A stretch of 64,000 nucleotides of DNA, from positions 2,013-66,012 of the forward strand of contig DAOMXN010000001.1 of NCBI GenBank assembly GCA_035437025.1. Direction: 5' to 3'. The notes beneath the pieces were generated by a model. That model searched no databases and had not been told where the DNA came from. It saw nothing but the letters and a program-made list of their open reading frames with translations. Each line of letters starts with the position of its first letter. The first letter of the stretch is position 1. The position numbers and the translations under genes are program-made. Positions 1 through 11,692 of the stretch are shown here, piece after piece. This DNA is from Beijerinckiaceae bacterium. Its GTDB lineage: Bacteria; Pseudomonadota; Alphaproteobacteria; Rhizobiales; Beijerinckiaceae.

Positions 1-724
1 GGCGCAGCCGCGCGATGCGCGGGCCATCACGCGCGAGGCAATGGTGCAGTCCGCGCTTCTCTCCGCCGCGCGGGCCGAAGAGATCGGGCTGGCGAAGGAC
101 CGGATCATCCTGTCCGCGAAGGTCTCGGCGGTGCAGGACCTGATCACGGTCTACCGCATGCTGGCCCAGCGCTCCGACTACGCGCTGCATCTCGGCCTGA
201 CCGAAGCCGGCATGGGTTCGAAGGGCCTTGTCGCCTCATCCGCCGCGATGGGCATCCTGCTGCAGGAAGGCATCGGCGACACCATCCGCTATTCCCTGAC
301 CCCGGAACCCGGTGGCGACCGCACGGCGGAGGTGAGAGCGGCGCAGGAACTGTTGCAGACCATGGGCTTCCGCACCTTCGTACCGCTGGTCGCCGCCTGC
401 CCCGGCTGCGGGCGCACCACCTCGACTGTGTTCCAGGAGCTGGCGCGCGACATCCAGGACTGGATCTCCACGTCCATGCCGGAGTGGAAGACACGCTATC
501 CCGGCGTGGAAAACCTCAACGTCGCGGTGATGGGCTGCATCGTCAACGGGCCGGGCGAATCGAAACACGCCGACATCGGCATTTCGCTTCCGGGCACCGG
601 AGAGACGCCATCCGCCCCCGTCTTCATCGACGGGAAGAAGGCCGCGACGCTTAAAGGGGCCGGCATCGCCGCCGAGTTCAAGGCGATGGTGGGGACTTAT
701 ATCGAGACGCGGTTCGGCAAGTAG
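1..724 (+). CDS. ispG: 4-hydroxy-3-methylbut-2-en-1-yl diphosphate synthase IspG/GcpE, 5'-truncated by window edge
   Basis: Frame is open from nt 2. Translation contains [18 protein letters not shown] and GCIVNGPGE, typical of the IspG Fe-S C-terminal half. Stop at 724. Confidence 0.9.
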   Translation, partial: AQPRDARAITREAMVQSALLSAARAEEIGLAKDRIILSAKVSAVQDLITVYRMLAQRSDYALHLGLTEAGMGSKGLVASSAAMGILLQEGIGDTIRYSLTPEPGGDRTAEVRAAQELLQTMGFRTFVPLVAACPGCGRTTSTVFQELARDIQDWISTSMPEWKTRYPGVENLNVAVMGCIVNGPGESKHADIGISLPGTGETPSAPVFIDGKKAATLKGAGIAAEFKAMVGTYIETRFGK

Positions 725-769
725 GTTCAACCCGTTCGGCATTTCGCGCACACGCGGCCGGACAAGAAC

Positions 770-1453
770 CTACGCCGCAAGCCCCTTGAACATCGGCAGC
801 CCGTCGGTTCCGCCCATCATGGCTTCGACCAGGTTTTCCGGATGCGGCATCATGCCGAGCACGTTGAGCTTTTCGGAATAGATTCCGGCGATGTGGTTGA
901 GCGAACCGTTGACGTTGGCCGCCTCGTTGATGTCGCCGGCGGCGTCGCAATAGCGGAAGGCGACGCGGTCCTCGCCCTCCAGCCGCTTCAGCGTCTCGGC
1001 ATCGGCGGTGTAATTGCCCTCGCCATGGGCGATGGCGACCTCGATCACCTGATCGCGCCGGTAGAGTTTCGTAAACGGCGTGTCGGTGCGCCCGACCTTC
1101 AGATGCTGCATGTGGCAGAGGAACTTCAGCCCGGCGTTGCGGGTGAGAATGCCGGGCAGCAGACCGGATTCACACAGGATCTGGAAGCCGTTGCAGATGC
1201 CGAGCACCAGCCCGCCGCGCGCGGCATGGGCGCGCACCGCATCCATGATCGGCGCACGCGCGGCAATCGCGCCGCACCTGAGATAATCGCCATAGGAGAA
1301 GCCGCCGGGCAGCACGGCGAGATCGGTTCCCTTCGGAAGTTCGGAATCGGCGTGCCAGGCCATCGAGACCTTCGCGCCGCCGAGGCGCAGGGCGCGGGCG
1401 ACGTCGCCCTCCCGGTTCGATCCGGGGAAGAGAATGACGGCGGCGTGCATCAC
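770..1453 (-). CDS. purQ: Phosphoribosylformylglycinamidine synthase subunit PurQ (glutaminase)
   Basis: 227 aa class-I amidotransferase with GICNGFQIL nucleophile motif and C-terminal MPHPE. 4-nt overlap with purS. Confidence 0.9.
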   Translation of the reverse strand: MMHAAVILFPGSNREGDVARALRLGGAKVSMAWHADSELPKGTDLAVLPGGFSYGDYLRCGAIAARAPIMDAVRAHAARGGLVLGICNGFQILCESGLLPGILTRNAGLKFLCHMQHLKVGRTDTPFTKLYRRDQVIEVAIAHGEGNYTADAETLKRLEGEDRVAFRYCDAAGDINEAANVNGSLNHIAGIYSEKLNVLGMMPHPENLVEAMMGGTDGLPMFKGLAA

Positions 1454-1689
1454 AGCACCTCGACGCGGAAATTCTCCACAACCGTATTCGCCAGAAGTTT
1501 TTCGCCGGCCTGTTTCAGGATCGCTTCGGCGCGGGACTTGTCCTGCGTCTCAACCTCGATGTCGAAGACCTTGCCCTGACGCACAGACGTAATGCCCTCG
1601 ACGCCGAGCGACTTCAGCGCGCCTTCGATGGCCTTGCCCTGCGGATCGAGGACGCCGGTCTTGAGGGTGACGGTGACGCGGGCTTTCAT
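1450..1689 (-). CDS. purS: Phosphoribosylformylglycinamidine synthase subunit PurS
   Basis: 79-aa protein (MKARVTVTLKTGVLDPQG...) immediately upstream of purQ and translationally coupled to it. Confidence 0.9.
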   Translation of the reverse strand: MKARVTVTLKTGVLDPQGKAIEGALKSLGVEGITSVRQGKVFDIEVETQDKSRAEAILKQAGEKLLANTVVENFRVEVL

Positions 1690-1843
1690 GGCGGCATTCC
1701 TTGGGAGTCGGGAAGACAGCCTTTAGAGGAAAGGCTTGCCCCGCTCAATCCATGCGCGGCGCGTTCCAGCCGCGATCAACCGTCGCGCCATGGACCGGCG
1801 GAGCCATGCGGCCCGCCTCCGCAGGCACTGCGGCGTTTCGCCG

Positions 1844-2182
1844 TCAGTCACCCTGGCCCGGGTTCGGGGAGAAGTACTTCTCCAGCTTGCCCTTTTCTCC
1901 ATCGAACTGCTTGGCGTCGGCCGGCGACTCGCGCTTGACCGTGATGTTTGGCCAGCTCTTGGAATAGTCCGTGTTGAGCTTCAGCCAGCTCTCCAGGCCC
2001 GGTTCGGTATCCGGCTTGATGGCTTCGGCCGGGCATTCCGGCTCGCAGACCCCGCAGTCGATGCATTCGTCCGGGTGGATCACCAGCATGTTCTCGCCCT
2101 CGTAGAAGCAATCCACCGGGCAGACTTCCACGCAGTCCATGTACTTGCACTTGATGCAATTGTCGGTGACGATGTAGGTCAT
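1844..2182 (-). CDS. fdxA: 7Fe-type ferredoxin
   Basis: [26 protein letters not shown]...[12 protein letters not shown] gives two Cys clusters. ATG at 2182 is preferred over the upstream TTG at 2191 used by the ORF track. AGGAG-like RBS upstream. Confidence 0.85.
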   Translation of the reverse strand: MTYIVTDNCIKCKYMDCVEVCPVDCFYEGENMLVIHPDECIDCGVCEPECPAEAIKPDTEPGLESWLKLNTDYSKSWPNITVKRESPADAKQFDGEKGKLEKYFSPNPGQGD

Positions 2183-2282
2183 CGCGCGCAAACGCTCCTG
2201 AGCGAAGGTTCAAGCTTCAATCTTCGGCCGCTTGGGTAGCCGAGCGCTTCGCCCCCCGCAAGGGGCGATTTGGCGCGGATCG

Positions 2283-3206
2283 TCAGGATTTCGGCGGCCC
2301 GGAGCGACCGAAGTCCGGCGCGGCCGTTTCCTGCCCCGAGGCGATGATCGACTTTCGTATGGCGCGTGTGCGCGTGAACAACGCGTGCAGACCATCGCCG
2401 TCACCCCAGCGCACCATGCGGGCGAGCTGCGCCAGATCTTCGCTGAAGCGGGCAACCATTTCCAGAACGGCCTCCCGGTTGTGCAGGAAGACATCGCGCC
2501 ACATCGTCGGATCGGAGGCGGCGATGCGGGTGAAATCGCGAAAGCCGCCGGCCGAGAACTTGATGACCTCGCCTTCCGTCACCGTCTCGAGGTCATCCGC
2601 CGTGCGCACGATGTTGTAGGCGATGAGATGCGGCACATGGCTGGTGATGGCGAGCACCAGATCGTGATGTTGCGGTGTCATCACCTCGACATTCGAGCCG
2701 ATGGCTTCCCAGAAAGCGCGAATCTTGGCGACCGCCACCTCGTCCTGTCCTTCCGGCGGCGTCAGGATGCACCATCGGTTGGTGAAGAGGCTCGCGAACC
2801 CGGCGTCCGGGCCGGAGAACTCGGTGCCGGCCACGGGATGGGCCGGCACCAGATGCACGTTCGCCGGCAGGTGTGGCGCGACATCGCGCACCACCGCTGC
2901 CTTGACCGAGCCGACATCGGACACGATGGCGCCCGGCTTCAGACAAGGGCCGATGGCCGCCCCCACCGCAGCATTGGCACCGACCGGAACGCACAGGATC
3001 ACGCCATCGGCGCCGCTGACGCCGGCCTGCGGAGAATCCGTGATCTCGTCCGCGAGCCCGAGTTCGCGGACACGCGCTCGCACGAACTCGCTGGCATCGA
3101 CCGCGACAATCGTCCCGGCCAGATCCTTCTCCCTGACCGCCCGCGCGATGGATGAGCCGATGAGTCCAAGGCCAATCAGGCACAGACGGGAGAACCGGGC
3201 ACTCAT
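2283..3206 (-). CDS. tyrC: Prephenate/arogenate dehydrogenase
   Basis: Internal ATG (3206) of the 699-aa run-on ORF. N-terminus [19 protein letters not shown] is a Rossmann GxGxxG, followed by a prephenate dehydrogenase-like body. ATGA overlap with the hisC stop. Confidence 0.8.
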   Translation of the reverse strand: MSARFSRLCLIGLGLIGSSIARAVREKDLAGTIVAVDASEFVRARVRELGLADEITDSPQAGVSGADGVILCVPVGANAAVGAAIGPCLKPGAIVSDVGSVKAAVVRDVAPHLPANVHLVPAHPVAGTEFSGPDAGFASLFTNRWCILTPPEGQDEVAVAKIRAFWEAIGSNVEVMTPQHHDLVLAITSHVPHLIAYNIVRTADDLETVTEGEVIKFSAGGFRDFTRIAASDPTMWRDVFLHNREAVLEMVARFSEDLAQLARMVRWGDGDGLHALFTRTRAIRKSIIASGQETAAPDFGRSGPPKS

Positions 3207-4309
3207 GACGCCATGAAGTCCCTGAGCGCCTGGAGGACGAGGCGGTTGGATTCGTTCGAACCGACGGTCAGCCGCAGCGCATTGGGCAGGCCGTAGGCGC
3301 CGACGCCGCGCAGGATCAGGCCGCGCTGGGTGAGGAAGGCGTCCGCGTCCTTCGCCGTCTTGCCTGCCTTCGATGCAAAGTGGATGAGCAGGAAGTTGCC
3401 GACGCTCGGCGTCACCGTCAGGCCAAGTGCGGTGATCTCGTCGGTCAGCGCCTTCAGCCAGCGCTCGTTGTGATCGGCGGTCGCCGCCACATGCGCATCG
3501 TCGCCAATGGCCGCGACGCCGGCGGCGATCGCCGGAATCGACAGGTTGAATGGCCCGCGGATACGGTTGATCGCATCCGCGACATGCGCCGGCATGTACC
3601 CCCAGCCGATGCGCAGGCCCGCAAGCCCGTAGATCTTGGAGAAGGTGCGGCACATGACCACGTTCTCGCTGGTCGACACCAGTTCGATGCCGGCGGAATA
3701 ATCGTTGCGGCGGACATACTCGGCATACGCGGCATCCAGCACGAGCAGGACGTCCGGCGGCAGGCCGGCATGCAGCCGCTTCACCTCCGCGAACGGCAGG
3801 TAGGTGCCGGTCGGATTGTTGGGGTTGGCGAGGAAGACGATGCGCGTCCTCGTCGTCACGGCCGCGAGGATCGCGTCGATGTCGGCGGTGAAGTCCTTCT
3901 CCTTCACGACCACCGGCTTGCCCCCGGCGGCAGTGATGGCGATGCGGTAGACCAGGAATCCATGCTCGGTGAACACGCCCTCGTCGCCCGGCCCGACATA
4001 GGCATGGGTCAAAAGGTTCAGGATCTCGTCGGACCCAGCTCCGCAGACGATCCGGGCCGGATCGAGGCCGTAGCGCGCCGCGATCGCCTGGCGCAGCGCC
4101 GTGGCGGAGCCGTCCGGATAGTATTCCAACCCTTCGGAACAGGCGCGGTAGGCCTCGATCGCCCGCGCGCTCGGCCCCAGCGGATTTTCGTTGGAGGAGA
4201 GCTTGTGCAGCTTCACGCCGGCCGGCGCGGCGCTCTTGCCCGGAACATAGGCTTCGATGTCGAGCACGCCCTTGCGGGGAAGGGGACGCGTGGAGGCAGG
4301 AACGGACAT
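3203..4309 (-). CDS. hisC: Histidinol-phosphate (aromatic) aminotransferase
   Basis: Start at ATG 4309 ([11 protein letters not shown]...). Contains SSNENPLG and the PLP-lysine region [14 protein letters not shown]. 368 aa. Confidence 0.85.
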   Translation of the reverse strand: MSVPASTRPLPRKGVLDIEAYVPGKSAAPAGVKLHKLSSNENPLGPSARAIEAYRACSEGLEYYPDGSATALRQAIAARYGLDPARIVCGAGSDEILNLLTHAYVGPGDEGVFTEHGFLVYRIAITAAGGKPVVVKEKDFTADIDAILAAVTTRTRIVFLANPNNPTGTYLPFAEVKRLHAGLPPDVLLVLDAAYAEYVRRNDYSAGIELVSTSENVVMCRTFSKIYGLAGLRIGWGYMPAHVADAINRIRGPFNLSIPAIAAGVAAIGDDAHVAATADHNERWLKALTDEITALGLTVTPSVGNFLLIHFASKAGKTAKDADAFLTQRGLILRGVGAYGLPNALRLTVGSNESNRLVLQALRDFMAS

Positions 4310-4332
4310 GGGGACCCTCTGGGCAATCGATG

Positions 4333-5169
4333 TCAGGATTCGCCGTGGACGTAAGGCGCGGCGTGGCTGCCGACCTCGGCATAGCGGGCCACGACGCCCG
4401 CAGATTTCAGGGCGTCCAGGACAGCGCCCGGCGCCACCGCGCCACCATGGCTCACGAGTACCGCCAGGCCGCTCTCGACGCCGGCAGAGGCTTCGAGGCG
4501 CACGCCGACGGAGCGCAGCGCTTCGGGAACCTCGCGCCGCCAGCGCTCCAGCCAGAGGCTGGCGACGATCTCGTCGCGCACGGCGGCCTCCTTCAACGGC
4601 TTGGCCACCACGAACACCGGCATGCCGGAGGGGTGGTTGGCGCGCTGGATGAAGGGCAGGCGGGCGATGATCTTCGGGCGGTTGTCGCCATGCAGCAGGC
4701 GCCACCAGGCGCCCGCCTCGATGCTCTGGTCGCGCGGGAACACGCCGAGGTCCCCGGAGGCGCTATCGACCGCCTCGATGGCTGCCGCGGCGCTCGGCGT
4801 CGGCAGGAAGGGCACGGTGAAGCCGAAATGGAAACGCACGCTATCGCGCATCGCCGCATCGCCGCCGGACACGTCGCCATGCACCGAGAATGGCACCTGC
4901 GTGTAGGTCGACGTGGCGATGATGACGCGCCAGATGTTTTCCGTGCCGTCCAGCGGATAGGACCCGCGATGCCGTTCGGCGAGCATGCGCATGATCTGCG
5001 CCTCACGTCCCGGACGGAACGCGGATCCCGCGGTGCCGGCCCTGCGCTTCACCTGTTCGACCTGATCGGTGACTTCGCTGCGCTCGATCAGCAGCGCCTG
5101 CATCGCGGCATCGATGCGATCCAGCTCGGCGCGGAGTTTTCCGAGATCTTCGGTCGGCTTGGGCGGCAT
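4333..5169 (-). CDS. Chorismate mutase family protein (AroQ-type N-terminal domain, C-terminal domain unassigned)
   Basis: The N-terminal ~80 aa ([22 protein letters not shown]...[12 protein letters not shown]) resemble AroQ chorismate mutase helices. Lies upstream of hisC-tyrC, an aromatic amino-acid context. Confidence 0.6.
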   Translation of the reverse strand: MPPKPTEDLGKLRAELDRIDAAMQALLIERSEVTDQVEQVKRRAGTAGSAFRPGREAQIMRMLAERHRGSYPLDGTENIWRVIIATSTYTQVPFSVHGDVSGGDAAMRDSVRFHFGFTVPFLPTPSAAAAIEAVDSASGDLGVFPRDQSIEAGAWWRLLHGDNRPKIIARLPFIQRANHPSGMPVFVVAKPLKEAAVRDEIVASLWLERWRREVPEALRSVGVRLEASAGVESGLAVLVSHGGAVAPGAVLDALKSAGVVARYAEVGSHAAPYVHGES

Positions 5170-5453
5170 GACGCGGGCACGCTCTTACAATGCGGGACCG
5201 CTGGTCCTTAGCGCCTTGCAGGACGCGAGGGAAGAGCACCGCATCAGGCACGGCGCCTGGCCGGCATCCGGTGACGGCTATCGTTTCTTGTGGCGTCGGC
5301 CAGGCCCATCGCGAAGGCGGGGGATAGGACCAGTGAAAGCGCAGCGTTCCCTAGCACCGCAGAGCCAAACATGCCTCTGGAAACCATGAGCATCGTTCGC
5401 TACAAAGAACGAAACGAGCGCCCTTCCGAAGTTGTTCGTTCAATGAGCACGAA

Positions 5454-6625
<1,172 letters not shown>

Positions 6626-6629
<4 letters not shown>

Positions 6630-7273
6630 GTCCCGATGACATGAGCTTGCGCGAGCAGTCGGCAGCCATGCAGGCCCGAGTCGACTTCCTGCTGGTCGCG
6701 GACATGGTGGAGTCCGGCGCGCGCGTGCTCGATGTCGGCTGCGGCGACGGTGAGTTGCTGGCCCTGCTGGCCCAGTCCAAACAGGTCGATGCGCGCGGCA
6801 TAGAGCTGTCCCGCGAAGGCGTCGCCGGCTGCGTCGCCAAGGGGTTGGCGGTGATTCAGGGCGATGCGGACACCGACCTCGCCGACTACCCCAACGACTG
6901 TTTCGATTACGTCATCCTGTCGCAGACGCTGCAGGCCACGCGCAATCCGCGCAAGGTGCTGGAACAGATGCTGCGCATCGGCCGGCGCGCCATCGTCTCC
7001 TTTCCAAACTTCGGCCATTGGCGCATACGATCGGGGCTGTTCTTTCGGGGGCGGATGCCGCGCACCGAGAACCTGCCCTATTCCTGGTACGACACGCCGA
7101 ACATCCACTTCTGCACGATCGCCGACTTCGTCGAACTCGTCGGCGACCTGCCGGCCACAATGGAGAAGGCCGTCGCGCTGAACGCCTCCGGCTCGCAGCT
7201 GGGTTTCAACGCGCCGTGGTGGCTGTGGAACCTCGTTGGCGAGCAGGCCGTTTTCCTGCTCCGGAGGGGGTGA
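6626..7273 (+). CDS. metW: Methionine biosynthesis protein MetW
   Basis: 215 aa with SAM-MTase-like [12 protein letters not shown] and the conserved MetW C-terminal half (NFGHWRIR...[13 protein letters not shown]). Coupled to metX. Confidence 0.9.
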
Positions 7274-7280
7274 GGCGCGC

Positions 7281-8102
7281 CTAGCGCCCCTTGAGCGCCT
7301 GGATCAGCAGCTTCTCAGCTGTATGCAGGCGCTCGCCCTGATACTCTGCGCCGTTCGGGCACAAATTGTAGGCCCGCACGATCCAGTCGCCGGGCTTGGC
7401 CGCCGTATCCAGGATATGCATGCACCCTGCGGTGGATTCGAACCGTCCCAGAAATGCGCCGTCGCCGCCCAGCACACGCGACACGATGGCGGAATTGACC
7501 ACCGAGTGCAGGACCAGCAGCGCGTTGTCCCAGGTCTCATCCTGCAGCAGTGTGTCGACCGCCGCATAAACCCTGGCCTGCATCTCTCCGATGGTTTCCC
7601 CGCCGATGAATTTCATGTCCGCCGGCACGCGGGGCTGCGCGATCCCGAGCAGCACGGCAGGCAGGTCGGGCGTGGCAACGGAACGGGTCGACCCGTTGCG
7701 GATCTCCCGCAACTCGGGAACCTGCTTCAAGGTTCCGGCAATCGCTCCCGCCGCCATGACGCGCTCGGCTGTTTCTATCGTGCGCGGCAGGTGCGAGGAC
7801 ATGATGCGATCGAACTTCGCGGCGCCAATCGAGGCGAGGTAGCGGCCCGCCGCATCGGCCTGCGCCTTGCCCTTGTCCGACAGGACGACCAGATCGGCAT
7901 TGGCCGTGGGCTGGCCGCTGGCGTCAAAATAGCTGACGTCGCCATGGCGCATGAGCACGATACGGCGGCGTTTGGGCGGCTGCCAGGCCGGAGGCGACGC
8001 TTGCGCCTGGGCGGCGGGCGCGGCCGGCGTCTGCGACTGCGCGGAGACCGGCAGGATCAGGACGCATGCAAAAAGCGCAATCGTTAAGATCGAACGGCGC
8101 AT
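7281..8102 (-). CDS. Secreted histidine phosphatase (phosphoglycerate mutase-like) family protein
   Basis: Signal peptide MRRSILTIALFACVLILPVSAQS followed by the catalytic RHG motif (LMRHGDVSYF). ATG at 8102 is preferred to the upstream TTG. Confidence 0.7.
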   Translation of the reverse strand: MRRSILTIALFACVLILPVSAQSQTPAAPAAQAQASPPAWQPPKRRRIVLMRHGDVSYFDASGQPTANADLVVLSDKGKAQADAAGRYLASIGAAKFDRIMSSHLPRTIETAERVMAAGAIAGTLKQVPELREIRNGSTRSVATPDLPAVLLGIAQPRVPADMKFIGGETIGEMQARVYAAVDTLLQDETWDNALLVLHSVVNSAIVSRVLGGDGAFLGRFESTAGCMHILDTAAKPGDWIVRAYNLCPNGAEYQGERLHTAEKLLIQALKGR

Positions 8103-8565
8103 GGTAAATCCTTTCAAAATCTCGAACCGGTGTGACTGTTCCGAAATGCGCTGTTGCCTGTCAATGCGCGTCGCCCCGCCTCCAGCGGCGCGAAATTCTC
8201 GCGGATTTGGGCCTTTCCGGCATGCTTATCAAATCCTTAACAAAATTAACCGTGGTAAATGGTTCCCAACCGAACCTTTGATTTTCGTGGTTTTTTGTGT
8301 TAGAGGATGCGTACAGTCGAAATGGCGAAACGCCTTGCCGTAAACCTGACTCCCGAAAGACCTTCTCTTTGAACACGCCTGCCCGTTGCGGAGGCGAAGT
8401 GGTCTTTGTCGGCGGATTTCATGGCGCGGGACGCTGATCGGATCGACTGCCCACGACCATCCGGCTTTCTGGCCGGCAGGTTCAATCGAAGCGGATTTCC
8501 CACCGGGTATCCGCAAGACGAGGTTCGCGCCCCGTTCTAGGGCGGAGCCGCAGCGAGGGACGAGA

Positions 8566-9135
8566 ATGAGCGCGAAGAAGACGACCCAGCGCGAAGGGTT
8601 CAAGACCGGCGAGCATATCGTGTATCCGGCCCATGGCGTCGGCCGCATCATGGCCATCGAGGAGCAGGAAATTGCGGGCTTCAAGCTCGAGCTGTTCGTC
8701 GTGACCTTCGCCAAGGAAAAAATGACCCTGCGCGTCCCGACCTCGAAGATCGCCGCTGTTGGCATGCGCAAGCTTTCGGGCGGCGCGGCGATCGAGAAGT
8801 CTTTGGAGATTCTGACCGGCCGCGCGCGCATCAAGCGCACGATGTGGAGCCGCCGCGCCCAGGAATACGAGGCGAAGATCAACTCGGGCGATCTCATCGC
8901 CACCGCCGAAGTCGTGCGCGATCTCTACCGGTCGGAAGCGCAACCCGAGCAATCCTATTCCGAGCGCCAGCTCTACGAGACAGCGCTCGCGCGCCTGCTC
9001 GACGAGATCGCAGCGGTTGAGCAGATCACCGAAACCGAGGCCATGAAGCGCATCGACGCGAGCCTGGCGAAGAATCCGAAGCGCCGGGCCGCGAGCGAAG
9101 CGAGCGATGCCGACGCAGAGGAAGAGGCTGCCTGA
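8566..9135 (+). CDS. carD: CarD/CdnL family RNA polymerase-binding transcription regulator
   Basis: ATG at 8566, in frame with track ORF 8386. FKTGEHIVYPAHGVGRIMAIEE... is a CarD_CdnL_TRCF domain. Acidic C-terminal tail. Confidence 0.85.
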   Translation: MSAKKTTQREGFKTGEHIVYPAHGVGRIMAIEEQEIAGFKLELFVVTFAKEKMTLRVPTSKIAAVGMRKLSGGAAIEKSLEILTGRARIKRTMWSRRAQEYEAKINSGDLIATAEVVRDLYRSEAQPEQSYSERQLYETALARLLDEIAAVEQITETEAMKRIDASLAKNPKRRAASEASDADAEEEAA

Positions 9136-9165
9136 GGCTGCATACAGGACATGCAATCGCATTCT

Positions 9166-9196
9166 GGGCCCGGGAAACCGGGCCCTTTCTTTTCTT
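9166..9196 (+). terminator. Rho-independent terminator after carD
   Basis: Stem GGGCCCGG (9166-9173), GAAA loop, CCGGGCCC (9178-9185), followed by TTTCTTTTCTT. Confidence 0.65.
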
Positions 9197-9279
9197 GATG
9201 GACGTCCACTGCCTTGCGGCCGCCACAGATGTAACTATGTTAAGCCGCAAGATCGATCCGGTCGACGACGGGAGGGGTT

Positions 9280-10152
9280 ATGTCGCCGCTGACGGGAGTT
9301 CGCAGGCAGTTCGTGCGTGCCGCCATGGAGGCGCCATACCTCAGCCGGGAGGAAGAGCATGGACTGGCGGTTGCATGGCGTGATCACAAGGATCGCGCCG
9401 CCCTGGATCGCCTGACCCAGGCCCATATGCGTCTGGCCATCGCGCTGGCCGCGAAGTTCCGTAATTATGGCCTGCCCATGGCCGATCTGATCCAGGAAGG
9501 CCATGTCGGCCTGATGGAAGCGGCCGCGCGTTTCGAGCCGGATCGCGAAGTGCGGTTTTCGACCTACGCCTCCTGGTGGATTCGCGCCGCGATCCAGGAC
9601 TACGTGCTCAAGAACTGGTCGATCGTGCGCGGCGGTACAAGTTCGGCCCAGAAAGCCCTGTTCTTCAACCTGCGCCGGCTGCGTGCGCAGATCGGTCTGC
9701 GGATCTCTCAGGGCGAGCAACTCGACCTCCATGACGAGATTGCTGCCGCGGTTGGCGTGTCGCGGCAGGACGTCGTCGCGATGGAGGCGCGCATCGGCGC
9801 TTCCGATATCTCCCTTGATGCGCCGGTGACGGAAGCGGACGGAGCGGGCGCCGCCGAGCGGATGGACTTCCTGGTTTCGGAGTCGCCCGGTCCCGACGAG
9901 GCGGTCAGCGAACTCATGGACAGCGAACGGCGGGCGGCCTGGCTGTCGCAGGCGTTGGCGCAGCTCTCGGAACGAGAGATGCACGTGGTCAGGACGCGCC
10001 GGCTGGTCGAGGACGAGGATAGCGCGACGCTGGAATCTCTCGGGACGACACTTGGCGTTTCGAAGGAGCGCGTGCGTCAGATCGAGAAGCGTGCGCTGGA
10101 AAAACTCAAGGCGGCGCTTGTACGGCTCAATCCGGGCATGGCGCGCGGCTGA
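9280..10152 (+). CDS. rpoH: RNA polymerase sigma-32 (heat-shock) factor
   Basis: Sigma-70 regions 2-4 (ADLIQEGHVGLMEA, WWIRAAIQDYV) plus an RpoH-box-like QKALFFNLRRLR. Confidence 0.85.
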   Translation: MSPLTGVRRQFVRAAMEAPYLSREEEHGLAVAWRDHKDRAALDRLTQAHMRLAIALAAKFRNYGLPMADLIQEGHVGLMEAAARFEPDREVRFSTYASWWIRAAIQDYVLKNWSIVRGGTSSAQKALFFNLRRLRAQIGLRISQGEQLDLHDEIAAAVGVSRQDVVAMEARIGASDISLDAPVTEADGAGAAERMDFLVSESPGPDEAVSELMDSERRAAWLSQALAQLSEREMHVVRTRRLVEDEDSATLESLGTTLGVSKERVRQIEKRALEKLKAALVRLNPGMARG

Positions 10153-10187
10153 GGCGGGGCACGCAGGCTGTCACCCCGGCGGTCGCC

Positions 10188-11690
10188 TCAATCGACGACC
10201 GTCTTGTAGGTCAGGCCTGGCACCAGTTCTGCGCCCCGCGCGAGGCCGTTCAGCAGCAGGAACCGTTCCAGTGGCCGGTCGATACCGCCCATGCGCTGGC
10301 TGAAGTCCTCTGCGGTCTCGCCCCGTTTTGCGGCCACCACGGCAATGCGGAGTGGCCGCGCCCGGCTCTGCTCCTCTTGCGACAGGCGGCGGAACGAATT
10401 CGCCGCGCTGAAGAAGCGCTCGTCCGTCGCCGGCGTAAAGCTCCGGGACGCCAGGATCAAGCGATAGACGGTCCCACCCTGGCGAACTGCAAAGATCCGG
10501 AAAGTCCAGTCGGCGCCACGCGCGATACCTGTCGCCGCTGGCAATCCGTTGATCGTCAGCGTCTGCACATCCGAAAGCGTCAGGTTCTCGATGCGGTTCT
10601 CGACGATGAAATCCTCAAGCTTCTTGTCAGGAGCGACCTTCGCGCTGTCGAGCCGCAGCGCCTCCTGGGCACCGGCGGTCATCCCGAGCACGGCCTGCGA
10701 GGAATTCTCCAAGAGGAACCCGTCCGGGGCCGTGAACGCGACACCGAGCTTCGGGTGGAGGAAGTTCCGCCCGCGCACGAAGCCCTCGCTCGAATCCTCG
10801 CCGTAGATCATGCCGTTCAACGCCTGCATCCAGCGGGCACGCTCGCTGGCGATCACGCCCGGCTCGAAGAAATACCGTGCCGCCGCCAGGGCCGCCGCTA
10901 TGCGGTCCGGCGTTGTCGGATGCGTGGCCGTGAACTCCGGACCCTCACCGCGCGTCTGGCCCTCTGAGGCACGTTCCCTGAACTCTGAGCTGCGTCCGAG
11001 CGCCAGCAGAAACCGATGCGCCCCGTGCGGATCGAACCCTGCCCCGGCGAGCGTCCGCACCCCGATCTCGTCGGCTTCCAGTTCCTGCTGGCGAGAAAAG
11101 CTGGCGATGGCAACCTGTGCCTGATCGCGAACGAGCTGGGCGGCGCCCGGATTGCTCAGCACCTCGGCGCGCACGCGGCTGACCAGGACCGAGCGGCCTT
11201 CCAGTTCCGCGCGACCCTCGGCGTGGCGGGCTGTCACATGCGCAATCTCGTGGGCAAGCACCGAGGCAACCTCTGAAAGGTCGTTGGCCAGCGCCAGCAG
11301 GCCGCGGGTGACGTAGAGATTGCCCGAGGGCAAGGCGAAAGCGTTGACGACGGCGGAATTGAGGATCGTAACGCGGTACTTCTCCGCCGGCTTCTCGGTG
11401 ACCGCACGCAGCCGATCCGATAGGTCGTCGAGAATGCGCTGGACCGCGGGGGCGCGATACTCGCCGCCAAAAGCCTGCAGCAACCGCTGATGCTCGCGCC
11501 CGGCCTGTGTTTCTCCCCCGGAAACGCGCGGCGCTGACGCAGGCAATTCGACCTGCACAGTCGCCTGTGGCCCGAGGATGAGAAGATCGGTGCACCCGGC
11601 CAAGGCAAACAGCAGTGTCAGCGCAGCAGGCCGCAGGCCGGGCCGAATGCCAGGCTGACACTTCCCAATACCTGTCTGCGACCCAGCCAA
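10188..11690 (-). CDS. M48-family zinc metalloprotease, lipoprotein
   Basis: Lipobox LLFALAGC near the N-terminus and an HEIAHV zinc-binding motif. 500 aa. Confidence 0.75.
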   Translation of the reverse strand: MAGSQTGIGKCQPGIRPGLRPAALTLLFALAGCTDLLILGPQATVQVELPASAPRVSGGETQAGREHQRLLQAFGGEYRAPAVQRILDDLSDRLRAVTEKPAEKYRVTILNSAVVNAFALPSGNLYVTRGLLALANDLSEVASVLAHEIAHVTARHAEGRAELEGRSVLVSRVRAEVLSNPGAAQLVRDQAQVAIASFSRQQELEADEIGVRTLAGAGFDPHGAHRFLLALGRSSEFRERASEGQTRGEGPEFTATHPTTPDRIAAALAAARYFFEPGVIASERARWMQALNGMIYGEDSSEGFVRGRNFLHPKLGVAFTAPDGFLLENSSQAVLGMTAGAQEALRLDSAKVAPDKKLEDFIVENRIENLTLSDVQTLTINGLPAATGIARGADWTFRIFAVRQGGTVYRLILASRSFTPATDERFFSAANSFRRLSQEEQSRARPLRIAVVAAKRGETAEDFSQRMGGIDRPLERFLLLNGLARGAELVPGLTYKTVVD

Positions 11691-11692
11691 GC

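Noticed and set aside
722-772. Inverted repeat GTAGGTTC...GAACCTAC between convergent ispG and purQ
   Set aside because: The 8-bp arms are separated by a ~35-nt loop and overlap both stop codons, with no T-tract. This is not a convincing terminator.
2283-4382. 699-aa minus-strand ORF spanning the tyrC and hisC regions
   Set aside because: Only its last 307 aa (from ATG 3206) look like a real protein, prephenate dehydrogenase. The upstream 390 aa are Arg/Gly/Pro/Ala-rich read-through lying out of frame over hisC, which has clear aminotransferase motifs in another frame.
5230-5390. SAM-II riboswitch consensus upstream of metX
   Set aside because: An AAAGC element is present (5336-5340), but I could not assemble the conserved SAM-II pseudoknot by eye. 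Only the downstream alternative hairpins are reported, as a low-interest finding.
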